Shown here in pieces: positions 1 to 13,169 of a DNA stretch of 64,000 nt. The first letter of the stretch is position 1. Each line of letters opens with the position of its first letter. Below the pieces are notes generated by a model. It saw nothing but the letters and a program-made list of their open reading frames with translations, was not told the DNA's origin and searched no databases. This stretch comes from Callorhinchus milii (Eukaryota). Location of the stretch: assembly GCF_018977255.1 (NCBI RefSeq), contig NW_024704743.1:83578001-83642000 (forward strand), written 5' to 3'. Both the position numbers and the translations under genes were made by a program.

Positions 1-999
1 ATTCAGGACTGCGCTCCAAGACTGTATCCCACATGAAGGGTGCTATACAAATACAAGTTATTGTTTTTGCTGCAGTGATTTTCAGTTTCTTATTTCTCTC
101 ATCCTTGAACAGGAATGGTATATAGGAAAAGTACATATAGCATTAGTAATGAACAGCGAAGGTAGTGAGGGCCCTTTATTTGTGAGGTATTCGTAACTGT
201 ATTTGCACCCATTTATAAATAACAGTGGCTTCCACAGCTTTGTATAAATTCATTGTCTGAAAAATAATTCATCTAAATAGCAGTTTCTGCTTTGAAACAA
301 TTTCCCTCTATGTACAGTATATAGTCAATTTGGAATGAATTAGTGGCTGCATTAGTGAAGAAGTGAGAATCTCTGAAGTGTAATTATTTGACAAAGAACA
401 ATTTTGTGGTTAATGGAAGTAAATAGAATTTTCAAAGAGATGTTGACTTGAGTTTAATTTTATTTTCCACTGTAATGCTGAACCCACAGTTAAGACATGA
501 GAAATTGGTTTGTTGGATTTAGGAACAAAAGCAAAAACAATGAATAAATAGAGAAACTCAATTGTATGTGATTGAAGACAGAATTGCCCCTCAAGTGGGA
601 GGACGATATAAATTCCTTCAGGCAAGTGAGCAATGCAGGTTCCATTCATGTGGTTTCAATTGTATAATTAACAGCTTACAATTGCATATTTATTTAGAAT
701 ACAAGTGTGATACAAAAGGTGTTTAATAGAATTATAGAAAGCTTACAGCACATGGCTCTTGGCTCATTGTGCTGATGTCATCTCCTCCACTGCAATTATT
801 CACTGTATTCCCGTACCCTTTCTCTGTACTCTTTAATAGACTTGAGCAGGTTCCTGGGAAGGGTGGCTGAGGCCAGGAAACTGGACTCATTTAAAAAACA
901 CAGCTTGATGCTGTGATGGGAGGAATGATAGGGTGGGTATTCTGGAAGGATGATGTCAAATGGGCTGTACGAACCTCTTTGGTGAACATTACTTTTCTT

Positions 1000-1102
1000 C
1001 AACAAAATCAGAAGTCGTTGGGGACACTCAGCAGCTCAGGCAGCATCTATGGAGAAAGGAAAGTGAGTCAACGTTTTGGGTCCACGACCCTTTGTCAGAA
1101 CT
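1000..1102 (-). mobile_element. Penelope-like element terminal (non-coding) fragment
   Basis: The reverse complement TCTGACAAAGGGTCGTGGACCCAAAACGTTGACTCACTTTCC...ATAGATGCTGCCTGA recurs at 43540 and at 47326, where it follows the GIY-YIG remnant. Confidence 0.6.
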
Positions 1103-1224
1103 GGGGCATGTTGGGAGGGAGAGACTTTTAAGGGCTAACAGAGAGGAGGGAGGTAGGGCAAGGAAGACAAAGGAAGACGTGAAAAGCTCTATACCAAATG
1201 CAAGGATTATTATTATTATACAGT

Positions 1225-1510
1225 AAAGTGGATTCACTGTGTAATTTGTGAGGATATGTGGCAACCCAATTGTACACATTAATGTCCCACAAACAGCCCT
1301 GAAACTAATGACCAATTTTATTTGGGGACATTGTTCTCCAGGATGTCGGGAAAAACTTCCTTCTCTTTTCTCATAGTGCTATGGGATCTTTAACGTCTAT
1401 CTGAACAGGCAGACGGGACCTTGGTTCAATGTCTCATCCGAAGGATGGCACCTCTAACAATGTAGCACAGCCCCAGCACTGCATTGGAGGGTCAGCTGAT
1501 ACTCAGCTCG
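1225..1510 (-). mobile_element. Deu-type tRNA SINE, partial and old
   Basis: Contains the Deu-like core also seen at 51429-51868 (ATGGGATCTTTAACGTCTATCTGAACAGGCAGAC...TCTCATCCGAAGGATGGCACC). Confidence 0.7.
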
Positions 1511-3533
1511 GTGATAGCACAGAACTCAAAAGATTAAAACTTCACAGGCAAGAAAATTGACAGTTGATAACCAGTGTAATTTCACGAGTAGTCACTCATA
1601 GGACAAAATGCTGGATATCAGCAGGAATTATATTTTTAACACTGTATTGAGCTGTTGTTCCTTCATCTCCACAATTTACATCAAAAACTTTGTAACAACT
1701 GTGCTGGAATCCAACTGAAGCTGGTTAAAACTGTGTTAAAGGCTATTTGGAGATTTGACTAAATTTAGGAGCTTTTCTCTGAAAAGCGTAGCCTTGGATA
1801 ACAGGTTATAGTAATACCACAGGCCTGAGCTCTCTTTTCTGAATATTTGCGTTGCTCATGTTGCCAATGGAGAAATGTAAGATGCAGTGGAATAAATGCC
1901 ACTGCCACTAGCACCCTCCTGTTAAAGCACTTATTTTATGTCACTGCAGCTATGCTGATAGTTTGATATTTTTGGTGTGATTCATTTTTGCTTTCAATGA
2001 GTGGAAGTCATTGAGAGGGGGAAGATTCATTTATAATTCCTACCTCACAAGTCACCAAATGCTAATTGCAGGAAAGGTTCCTACTATCATATTAGAAAGC
2101 CTTGGCTCACCCAAAAGTAGTTTTGAAAATAAAAAGAAAATTTAAGTTTGACCAGTTTTAAGTTTTAAGTTTTAAAACTTCTTTAACAATAAAGCATTTT
2201 TTTTAGTAAATTGGCTGCAGTCAAAAATCTGATTTACAACACAGCCAAACACATTGATTAGATTCCTAAAACCACTTGGAATCAGAATAGAATTGATGCC
2301 CCTGAAATCTGACATGTACTGGACTCTGAGCATCAATTCATGCCAAAATAGCATTGATTTGATACTAACTGTGCAGTACTATAAAAAGGCATAGTGTACA
2401 TTCAAACACACAAGGGAGTGACTTGAATCCCAATCCACAAGATTTCATTTGCCATCTTTAAAATGCTGTTTACAAAAATTAAAATTAATTAAACAATCAT
2501 CGCGAAGAACAGCACCAAGAATCATCCATGTACTTTGATAAAGTTGCACACTTTTTTTGAAAAGAGAAGGGAGTTTATCCCAATGTCCTGACCAACTATC
2601 CCCCACATATAATTGGTTATTCACTTTGTGGTAGTTATTGAGACATTGCTGTGAGCAAATTGACTGCTGTGTTTGCCTATTAAACACTTGACAGAAAACT
2701 CTGTAAAGTGTTTTGAGATGTTTCAACATGATTGGCATAACTGCCTGTATATCATAATGCAAGGATTATTAATGTTGTTATGGTCTTTCTCTGTCAGGTG
2801 ATGATTGACCCACTGTAGTCGTCTGTCAGTTGGTTGATCAGTCAGTCAGACAATCAGTCCAGCAGTTCCAATTTCTTTTCAGATTTCCAGCATCTGGAGT
2901 TTTCTTTTGATTAATGCTACACCAAGCACAGCTGGAACTGGTGGAATGAACCGTCAATAAGGTACTATGTCCAGATGTAACTAAAGGATAATAATAATAA
3001 TCCTTGCATTTGCTATAGCACTTTATCACGTCATCGAGAAATCTCAAAGCGCTTCACACAATATACTGCAAAGTGAATTGACTGTATATTTTGTGGGTGA
3101 AATGTGACAGCCAGTTGCGCACAACATATCCCACAAACAATCGTGGATTGAGTGACCAAATTATTATTATGATAGCAACAACTCCTCAGTATTAATTGTT
3201 CTATAGAATTGATGCTGGGTTTGTATTGCTGCCAAACTTGCTCTGCGACATCTTCAAAACTGTTGATGCAGCTTGAACCAAATTCTGAAATGGAGTAACA
3301 ACAGCTTGCATTTCTATTGTGCCCTTCACATGGGATAACTTCTCCCAGAGTGCTGAAAACTTTGTTTTGAAAGCTTTCACAGGCAAGCTTTAAAATATAA
3401 GCTTTGACAGGGATTTTTTTTAATCCTTGCATTTTTCTCCTGAGCTCCTGTTATTCTGGGTACACATACAAACTGACTTCAGTCGCATATATTTTTGTTA
3501 TTTTGCAGTGTCTAACCATTCCGAAGTTCAACA

Positions 3534-3547
3534 GTGCCCTCTTGTGG
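3534..3547 (-). promoter_or_regulatory. CTCF-like motif CCACAAGAGGGCAC
   Basis: One mismatch to CCASYAGRKGGCRS, in unique sequence. Confidence 0.4.
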
Positions 3548-4044
3548 TGCTAGCCAATGAAACCATTTTCTGCATCCTTCTGCACTATAATTAAATGGAA
3601 TTATTCTGCCTGATTATTTATTCATTGCCTAATAATTATGCAACTTTACAATTTTCCATTATTGCCAGGCAGTAGAAATCCAGGTGCCTCTGCCAGATTA
3701 CGTTCAGCTAATACTTAGTGCCAAACATGTTTGTATTTTCATTTTTTTTTAAACAAATAGATTTGACAGACAATATTTTAGTGCAATATTTACTGATGAT
3801 TCACCAAGCCTGGAAGTTTACAGATGTTTCACCTGAATGTGGTCTCTCGTCTGTGCACAGGGTTTGGATCTTGGTGAATATGGATACAAAGGAGTGGTTT
3901 GATGGTGCTAAATGTGAGAATATTAATGTACAGTGCTATGGAGTGGAAGGATGTAGACTCAATTCCCCCACTTCCCTCGGTTCTCAATCTGAGCAGCATT
4001 CAGCTAGAGGAAGGGAATGCTAATGGTAGCCTGCAACATCTGGT

Positions 4045-4530
4045 ATCAGTTTGGCTCAGTTGGTAGCACTCTTGCTTCTGGGTCAGAAGGTTAATGGTTT
4101 GAGCCTCACATCAGAACCTCAGATTGCAATCTAAGGTGACACTTCAGTGTAGTACTGAGGGAACACGGTACTGTTGGAGGTGCCATGTATTGGGTTAGAT
4201 GTTAAATTATGGTCTGCCTGATTCACAGTGGCCTGTGAGATCCCATGACACTATGGCACTGCTGTATTTCATAGAAAAGCAGAGTTCTCTCAGTATCATG
4301 GCCAATATTCCTCCTTCACCTAAGTTCCCACATAACACCCCCTTTCCTCACAGACAAATTGGCTATTCATGTCATTGCTGTTTGTGGGTTTCTGCTGGCG
4401 TAGATGAGTGGTCACATTTGCCAACATAACAACTGCTACAATCGCTACAAAGCAGCTAATTTTATGAATGACTTTCAGACCGTTTGATGCCTTAAGGTGC
4501 TATATTCAATGTCAGTGTTATTATTTATTA
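4045..4530 (+). mobile_element. Deu-type tRNA SINE, near full length, decayed
   Basis: tRNA-like head (TGGCTCAGTTGGTAGCACTCTTGCTTCTG), Deu-like body, degenerate L2-type tail. Confidence 0.7.
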
Positions 4531-5161
4531 ATATCACTTGAGGGAGAGAAGCAGTGGTGTTGGGGGGAGGGGGAGGAAACGAGTAAATAAATAAACCTAG
4601 TCAGTAACTAACACCTTCTAATGTCTGGCCAACAATGTCCAAATAAAACTGATCATTCACTTCATGACAGCATGACATTGCTGCGTGCAAATTGGCTGCT
4701 GTTTTCATCTACAAAAACGCACAGTCGGTACAATCTACACTAAAATTCTGTGAAGCGCTATGAGACGGCCAATGATTAATGAGGCACTATGTCAAATACA
4801 AGGATTATATCATAAAAAGGGCACTGGGGAGGTCTGAGATCAGGCCTATTGCACCGCTGGTACCTCAGTTGTGGAGACTAGGTAACCTGAGGAACAGAGA
4901 TATCTTGGAAAAATTGCTGGTAAAAAGATTTATTGAAAGAACAAAAATGACATTCATGAGTAAGATCATAGCTCATAGCAATGGGATGTTAAACTAGTTG
5001 ATGTCGGTACTTTATTTTTCTATTCCTCTGATTATATTTAGTTTTGTTCAAAATGTTTTTCATAAAACTAATTTCATCCTGTGGAATTAGTTTTTTAAAA
5101 AACAAATACATGTCTTTGCACTGGCTATAGGTGATTACAGCAAATGAATTTCACTTAACTA

Positions 5162-5533
5162 GTGGAGTCCTGTTGCTCAGTGGTTAGAGCACTCGCCTCG
5201 CAAGTGAGAAACCTGGGTTCGATCACCAGCAGGGCGAAAAGTTGGGCAAATTTCCTTACTCCACAAGCCTCTATTTACCTAGCAATAAGTAGGAATCCGG
5301 TCATTAGTCAATTGGCGGATTGCTTTTCCTGGGGTAATAATTCCTTCAAAAACAAATAATAATAATTTGGTCACTTCAATCCATGACTGTTTGTGGGACA
5401 CTGCTGTGCTCAATTGGCTGCTGCGTTTCGCCCACAAAATATACAGTCGATTCACTTTACAGTATATTCTGTGAAGCGCTTTGAGACGTCTGGAAGACAA
5501 TGATACACTATATCAAATGCAAGGATTATTATT
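5162..5533 (+). mobile_element. tRNA-Ala-headed SINE, long form
   Basis: A/B-box head, TTGGGCAAATTTCCTTACTCCAC central domain with GCCTCTATTTACCTAGCAATAAGTAGG segment, L2-type tail ending (TTA)n. Confidence 0.85.
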
Positions 5534-7589
5534 AAATATCTTAGTTTTTTTTAAAGAAGACTATGAAAATAGAAATATAAAATACCGGAAATTGAGCGAT
5601 TTTAAAAAATCAAAATGCTGCTTTCTTGCTGTGAATTTACTAGAAATAAATGAAAGAATAACTAGTCCATTGTTGACTGCTTGCAGAATTTTGTTTGTGA
5701 GTCAAATATACAGATAAATGAATTAAATGATGTTGAATGAATTTAAGGGTCAAGAATATAACTGGGAGGGTTAGTACAGCCCGGTACCAGAATCAAACAT
5801 ACAGAGATTGATTTACAATATACCCATTTTATGATGTAAATTATTTTGAGGTCAGCTATAATACAAATATAGTCTAATAAGAGTCTAATAAGAAGAGCAA
5901 ATGAACAATTGAAAGTAGTTCAAATGTTGTTCAATTATAGTCAACTCTTGATGATGTCTCTGTGTTCTGATCCTGGTGGGAAAAGAACAGTTAGAGTAAA
6001 TTATAGGACCTCTGCCACCCACTCTCCTACTACTCTTCACATGCTATTCTTGGTCATTTCAGAGATAAAAATGGTTGTACGCAATATAACCTTTAAATTA
6101 CTGTTGTTTGTAAACTTGTGATTTAATGCACTAAATAAAAACCCACTCGCTGTAGAATGCTTCCATATCAGCCCCGATATACAGGAAAGTTGACACTGGA
6201 CTTACATAAAAACCCTCTGGCTTGCATATGTTAACAGTATCATTACTCACTGTCCTGTTCCACTTGGAACTAATAGTAAGTGAAAGACCAGGATGACGTT
6301 GAGCTGAATTAATTACGGATTATGTCAAACTAGAAAAAAAGTTTTCTGTAACGTTTCCGGCTTCCATTCGTGGTAGTTTGCTGGTTACACGAGACACGGA
6401 GAAATGACTTCTGGCAGATTCGGATGTACTGCTGTGCCACAATACCTTTAGACATCAATACATTTATCTGACCCAGCACCACACTGTAATAGAGCGGTTA
6501 TGACTGAAATCACTGTGTGCACAACACCCAAAATTTACAAGCCTTCTCTTCCCATCTATTTCAAAGGGGAGCTGGCTGATTCCGAGTTATGCCTGTGGAC
6601 ATTTATGGCAACTGAAAGTACTAATACAGATTGTAAAGAACAGAGCAGCAACAGTCACGTGAAAAGACAAAGGGTCAGGATTAATGAAGGTGCTGACTGT
6701 CTGATAATAATTCTAAAACCCTTGATAACTATATCTTGGAAGTGCTGTTGTGAAGTTAAACGAATTGCAAACAGCAATAGTAGTAAACCCACCTCTGGGT
6801 CTAAAATGTGGGATTTCTGATAGGATTCCTTAATAATGTTTTAATTCCAGTTACCAGGCAAAATCCCTATTGGGGTGATTTATTAAGGAATCCAATTAAG
6901 AAATTCCACATTTAATGTTATGATATTGGATGTCACAACATGTACAAGGAAGCAGATTACAGTAAACAATTAGGTCAATGTGATGCAAAGTAAATCACTA
7001 ACATGTGGAAATAAGCAAAACGTCAGCCGGGATTATGATTTCTGTGTGGTTTCAACCTCAGTGATATCTCCAAATGCATTTTGTTGAACTTGAAGTAAAA
7101 CGTTTGTGAAACACATTTTATGAAGATAATGGCCCTTTAAGGAATCCAAGACCACTCATTGCAATTTTTTCCCTTTCATTCCAATTAACAACAAATGGTT
7201 ATCCGGAAGTGTAGCCAGGACACTGGATGCATTTAAAAACAGCTTTATATGATGATAATCTGGGAGGATGAGATCAATGAGCTGAAAGGCCTTCTTTATC
7301 CAAACCTCTCTTGTGATCTTGCTGCTTGCCTTATAATTCTAGTTTAGATTACTGTAGAAGAAATTTGGAAATATTCACGGGTGTATTTTCCTATCATCCC
7401 TTTTGCAACCTGAGAGTAGCAGCCTTAAGTGGTTAAGTGAATTTTACCTAGCAGAAGTGGGAAGCAAAGGGCCAAGTGGTGCTTGTGGGGGTGGTTGTGA
7501 TGCCCTACTGAACTTTACTGAACCGTTCATTGCATTCAATCTTTGCCTTTTCCTTTTATTTACCCAATGTTTTAAAAATATTTTTAAAA

Positions 7590-9305
7590 TCAAAGATTAC
7601 CATAGCGATCAAAATAACCAAAAAGCTCATTAAGAGTGACAAAATGGACTATGAGGGCAAGCTAGCTAGGAACATTAAGACAGATTGTAAGAGTTTTTAT
7701 AAATACATTAAGAGGAATACGCTAGAAAAAGTAAATGTGGGTCCATTACAGGCAGAGACAGGAGGAATTATAATGGTGGATAAGGATATGGCAGAGTCCC
7801 TAAGTAAATACTTTGCGGCTGTCTTCACGTTAGAAGACACAAGAAGTTTACCAGAAATAGAGATGAACCAAAGGGCTAATGATAGGGATTAATTTAGGGA
7901 AATTTACATTAGCAAAGAATTGGTGCTAGGGAAATTGTTGGCATTAAAAAGTAACAAGTCTCCTGGACCTGATGGTTTGCATCCTAGGGTTTTAAAAGAG
8001 GTAGCTCATGAGATAGTGGAGGCCTTGTGTCTGATCTTCCAAAATTCTTTGGATTCTGGAACAGTTCCCATTGATTGGAAGATCGCAAACGTCACACCAC
8101 TATTTAAGAAGGGTGGGAGAGAAAAGATGGGGAACTATAGACCAGTTAGTCTGACATCGGTGGTAGGGAAAATTCTAGAATCCTTAATTAAGGATGTCGT
8201 AGTGGGATACTTAGAGGATCACAATATGATTAGACAGAGTCAACATGGCTTTACAAAAGGGAAGTCATGCTTAACAAATCTTTTAGATTTTTTTGAGGAC
8301 ATATCAAGTAGATTAGATAGGGGGGAATCAGTGGATGTAGTGTATTTAGATTTCCAAAAGGCATTCGATAAAGTGCCGCATAAAAGGTTGATCCACAAGA
8401 TTAGGGCCCATGGAATTAAGGGGAATATATTAGCATGGATTGAAGAATGGCTAATGGGAAGAAAACAAAGAGTAGGGATAAACGGGTCCTTCTCAGATTG
8501 GCGGGATGTGATTAGTGGAGTGCGTCAAGGATCAGTGCTTGGGCCTCAGCTATTTACAATCTACATCAACAATCTGGATGAGGGCATCGAACTCAATATA
8601 TCCAAAATTGCTGATGACACTAAACTAGGAGGGAGAGTAAACACCGAGGATGACATTAAAAAAATGCAACGAGATATAGATAGGCTAGGTGAGTGGGTAA
8701 ATAGGTGGCAGATGAAGTATAATGTAGGGAAGTGTGAAGTCATCCATCTAGGTGGCAAAAACAGTAGAACAGATTATTTTTTAGAAGGGGAGAAACTAGA
8801 TAGTGTTAGCGTTCAGAGGGACTTGGGTGTCCTTGTACACCAGCAACAAAACGTTAGTTTGCAGGTACAACAAGCAATTAGGAAGGCTAACGGTATATTG
8901 ACATTTGTTACAAAAGGGTTAGAATATAAGAGTAGGGAAGTTTTGCTGCAACTGTATAGGGCCCTGGTGAGACCACACCTAGAATATTGTGTGCAGTTTT
9001 GTGGAGTCCTGTAGCTCAGCGGTTAGAGCACTCGCTTTGCAAGTGAGAGACCTGAGTTCAATTCCAGGCAGGGCGAAACCTTGGGCAAGTTTCCTTACTC
9101 CACACGCCTAATAATAATCCCTCCAAAAAACCAAAAGCAATAATAAATTGGTCATTTTCAATCCTTGACTGTTTGTGGGACATTGCTGTGCGCAATTGGC
9201 TGCCGCGTTCGCCCACAAATATACAATCAATTCACTTTACAGTGTGTTCTGTGAAGCGCTTTGGGACGTCCTCCCGACGTGAAAAGCGCTATATCAAATG
9301 CAAGG

Positions 9306-9338
<33 letters not shown>

Positions 9339-9866
9339 TTGGTCTCCTTATTTAAGAAAGGATGTACTCGCCTTGGAGGGGTACAACGTAGATTCACTCG
9401 GTTGGTATCTGGGATGAGGGGGATGAGTTATGAGGATAGGTTGTGCAATTTAGGCCTTTTTTCTCTAGAATATAGAAGAATGAGAGGTGATCTTATAGAA
9501 ACCTATAAGATTATAAAGGGGCACGACAGAATAGATAGTGGGAGACTTTTTCCCCTGGTTGGAGAAACTATAACCAGGGGTCACAGTCTTAAAATTAAGC
9601 CCTTTCACACTGAGTTGAAGAAAAACTTCTTCACTCATAGGGTAGTGAATTTATGGAATTCTCTACCCCAAAGGGCTACAGATGCTCAGTCCTTGAACAT
9701 ATTCAAGATTGATAGATTTCTTGTGGATAAAGGGGTTAAGGGATATGGGGATAAGGCGGGTAAGGTGGAGTTAGAATAGATCAGCCATGATCTTATTGAA
9801 TGGAGGGGCAGGCTCGAGGGGCCGAATGGCCTACTCCTGCTCCTAATTCTTATGTTCTTATGTTCT
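7590..9866 (+). mobile_element. CR1-clade LINE, 5'-truncated ORF2 (RT), interrupted by a SINE
   Basis: KSPGPDGLHPRVLKE, NYRPVSLTSV, VYLDFQKAFDKVPH, QGSVLGP, IADDTKLGG. In-frame TAA at 7890, frameshift after the SINE, (TTCTTATG)n tail. AAGATT at 7593-7598 and 9867-9872 may be a TSD. Confidence 0.95.
9001..9336 (+). mobile_element. tRNA-Ala-headed SINE, short (young) form, inserted in CR1
   Basis: Splits CR1 motif CVQF|WSPY; long (TTA)n tail; TTTT(G) on both sides. Confidence 0.92.
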
Positions 9867-9987
9867 AAGATTTAAACTAGAATAATAAAAGTAAAAACAA
9901 AAGATATCAATATGATTTCCCAAATAAAAATCCGCACTGCACTTATAAAACATACACTATTGATGGTTTTAATTTGAGATAGGAACT

Positions 9988-10301
9988 CCCAGGCAGGGTG
10001 AAACATTAGATAAATTTCCTCACTCCACACACCTCTGTTTACTTAGCAGTAAGTAGGAATCCAGTTGTCAGGCAATTGGTCAATCGCTTTCTGGGGCTAA
10101 TAATCCCTTCAAAAATAATAATAATTTAGGTCACTCAATCCACAACTGTTTGTGGGACACTGCTGTGCGCAACTGGCTTCCGCGTTTCGGACACAAAATA
10201 TACAGTCAATTCACTTTACAGTATTTTCTGTGAAACCCTGTGAGACATCTCAATGATCTGATGAGGTGCTATATCAAATGCAAGGGCTGTTATTATTATT
10301 A
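9988..10301 (+). mobile_element. tRNA-Ala-headed SINE, long form, 5'-truncated
   Basis: CCTCTGTTTACTTAGCAGTAAGTAGGAATCC segment plus the shared body and tail. Confidence 0.8.
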
Positions 10302-11883
10302 TAAAGCAATGCACAAAATCATTTTGAAACCAGCAAAACCCACTGATCCTCAAGAATACTCAAGTAGCTTGGTTGAGCCAAAATATGAACTCTCCTTGGG
10401 ACAAGAATGCAAAACATATCAAAATCCAGCCGCAAGTGTGAGTTAAGTGAATTATGAACAGTGGCACTGGTCCCATGTTTCCATCTTGTGGTTTGTCTGT
10501 TTCAGGCGATCTGGAAAATGATTTTCTCTGAAAAAGATAATGTTCATCTCAACCCTTCAGCCTGGTTTGATTTCTTGGACACTCTGTCAGTGTCCTGGTC
10601 TCAGCACTTTAGAATGAGCCAACATTAATGATTATCTAGCCATTATAACGGGGAGCAGAGGAGCAAGTGAATTTAGGGATTTGTTGAATATCTAAGTAAT
10701 AATTCTTTCATTTGATATGGCACCTTTTCATGTCATTGAGATGTCTCAAAGTGCTTCACAAATATACTGTAAATTGAACTGACTATATTTTGTGAGATTT
10801 TCAGAAAAGTGTAAACTGTGCTTAGTGTTCATCGATCAGTTTGTAAGTGGTATTTATATCAGATGCTGTGTATTTGCCAGTGGATGTAGGTGATTCTGTG
10901 CCATGGGTGTTCTAGTTTACATTAGTGTCTCTGTGCCATATTTACCTTTAGTTGTGGTGTACCTCCTGGGAGTTGCGAAGGTAGAAACGCATGGTTTCAA
11001 TGATTCAATGATGTGTACCTTCTAATACCAAAATGAACCAGTTAGCTTTATAGTAGTTGGTGCTAATCCAGTTATATAGTGCTTGGGTTCAGCAGTAAAC
11101 ATAAGCCACAGAACATCATTTCTCCAAAAATGCTCAGAGGACATCTTCGCAGTCACTTTTGGACCATTGGAAAGACGTTTGCTGGAGAGAGGGGGTGGGG
11201 GGATAGGTGCTGATGTTGTACTACTACCAGTTTACCAGGTGGTAAAATGCAACATCCTGGATCAACATAACATTAGGGACGAGGGAAGCTCCCAGGAGGT
11301 CAAGGAGATAGTAAGTAGTACAAAAGCTAGTGTCAAAGTAAGGCAACATGTAGATACACTGGAGCAGTAATATTTTAAAGTTTAATATAGTTTTCAAGAA
11401 GGAAGCTCTTCTAATGTAGTTCCATTGTAGCTTTCAAGAAGGAAGTAAACTAGACAGGCATATGAAAGAGAGGTGCTTGAAGGAGTATAGGGATAAGGTA
11501 GGGCGGTAGGATTCAAGATTCAATTAATCATCTTGGTCTGTGAGTTAGTGTGGACTTGATGAGCTGAATGGCCTCCTTCTGCATTGTATGTTTTCAATCT
11601 CAGTGGGACCTTGGGAAACAGAGAAAACCAGCAGTCTTACCACTCATTTTATAGGCAGCATTCCCACATACTTAAGAGGTTTAATGTGTGCACACGTGAT
11701 AATTCTGCTCTTCACTTCAACCTTTATTGTAATGTTAGGTGCAGCTTTCATTGCTGAGGTAAGTAGTTTATGTACGAATGGCATCTTTCCTGGTCTTTAA
11801 ACCCATGGGTGATTAGCAAGCTTCAAGATGAGTTGGGTTCCACCTCTCAAAAAAGCTTAGGTAGCAGGTCAGCCGAATATTTT

Positions 11884-12030
11884 ATGTTGTCTCTTAAGTG
11901 CATCTCTTTCAATATCAAGGGTGTCAATAATTCCATTAACCAGAATAAATTACTCTGCCACGTTAAATCACTTCTCTGTCAGTTTGTCCTATTGCAAGAA
12001 GCTTGCTTAATTGACTTAGAGCATACTAAA
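11884..12030 (+). mobile_element. L1-clade ORF2 APE endonuclease N-terminal fragment
   Basis: MLSLKCISFNIKGVNNSINQNKLLCHVKSLLCQFVLLQEACLIDLEH fits the S.N..G.NN...K.....K....LQE motifs at the start of L1 ORF2. Confidence 0.7.
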
Positions 12031-13169
12031 CCATATTGCAACTGAGTGAGCCATCCAATCTGCTTTTGTAAGAGTAGTGGAGCCCCAGTGCATTGAACAG
12101 GCAGGATGTTGGTATTACTCTTTCCCTTACTGAGTTCCCACCCTCAGCTGAGTCTCTGGGCAGGTACCAAATGTTTTTCAGGCAAGGAGGTAAATAGGAT
12201 GCAGAATTCTCACCAGGAAGGGCAGCTGGCCCAGCAGAGACCTGTCGCAAGAATTAGTTGAGACTTTGGTGTATGTTGTGTAGCTAATCTCTCACCTCAG
12301 GAGGTTGATTCCTGGGAGGCCAAAAGAATTAAGAGGGGAATTAGAAGATCACATCCCCTTAGAACCCAGAGAGTTAGCAGAGAAGTGATACCTCTTCCCT
12401 TTCACTCTCTCACACCAGCAAGTGGTCCCCAGTTCTGACAGCCAAGAGCATTTATAATGTATGTTGAATGTTTATACACATATTTTAAATATAACACTAT
12501 GCATTTAGATAAGAACAGAAGTTAGGAATGAGAACAGGCCATTTAGCTCTTCTAATTCACCCCATCCTTTGAGTTAATGCGTAGATCAGTTTCACCTTGG
12601 TAAGGCACTGGAGCCAAACTGTGCTGCCTATTTCTTTCTTCATTGCCTCAATTGAGTTTGCATTCCTTGCTCTTAGTAGCAATCTGTTCTACAGCATTTA
12701 TATTTTCATATCTAAAGTCTCATTCCAAGAGTAAAAGGACTACAAATTTCAAACATTATTGGGATTTAGACTTCTTCCTCTTATTTTTGCTGGAGATTAC
12801 TATGGGCTTCTGCTTAACAGAGACACCTTTGTACCTTAATGTAGCCAATACCCAGTTTCCGAGCCCTTCCCTGCCCACAGCTTGTCATGTAAAAGAACAT
12901 GGGAGATGTTTTGCTCTCTGGATGTTGTTTTATACTTTGGCAGTTTTCAGAAATTGCAATTAGATATTTTGTGAACATCACAAATCTCAAATAGAGATTG
13001 GAATTAATGCTTCCAGTCCCATTGCAAATATCACATATTAGTCCCCAATATCTTATGTTTCAATGAAGAGGAAGTGTGCTAAACATGCTGAGATTGATAG
13101 TGCTCATCAGTGAAAAAACTCGAGAGATTAACTATTTAGTAAAGTTGAACATCTATTGAGAAAGTGCAG

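Noticed and set aside
7920..9014. 364-aa ORF as a functional or domesticated RT gene
   Set aside because: 5'-truncated CR1 with an upstream in-frame stop, IADD in place of FADD, a SINE insertion and a downstream frameshift.
9003..9075. tRNA-Ala(TGC) genes (also 5162, 13640, 34560, 41910, 58270)
   Set aside because: No complete acceptor stem or terminator; each runs into a SINE body and (TTA)n tail.
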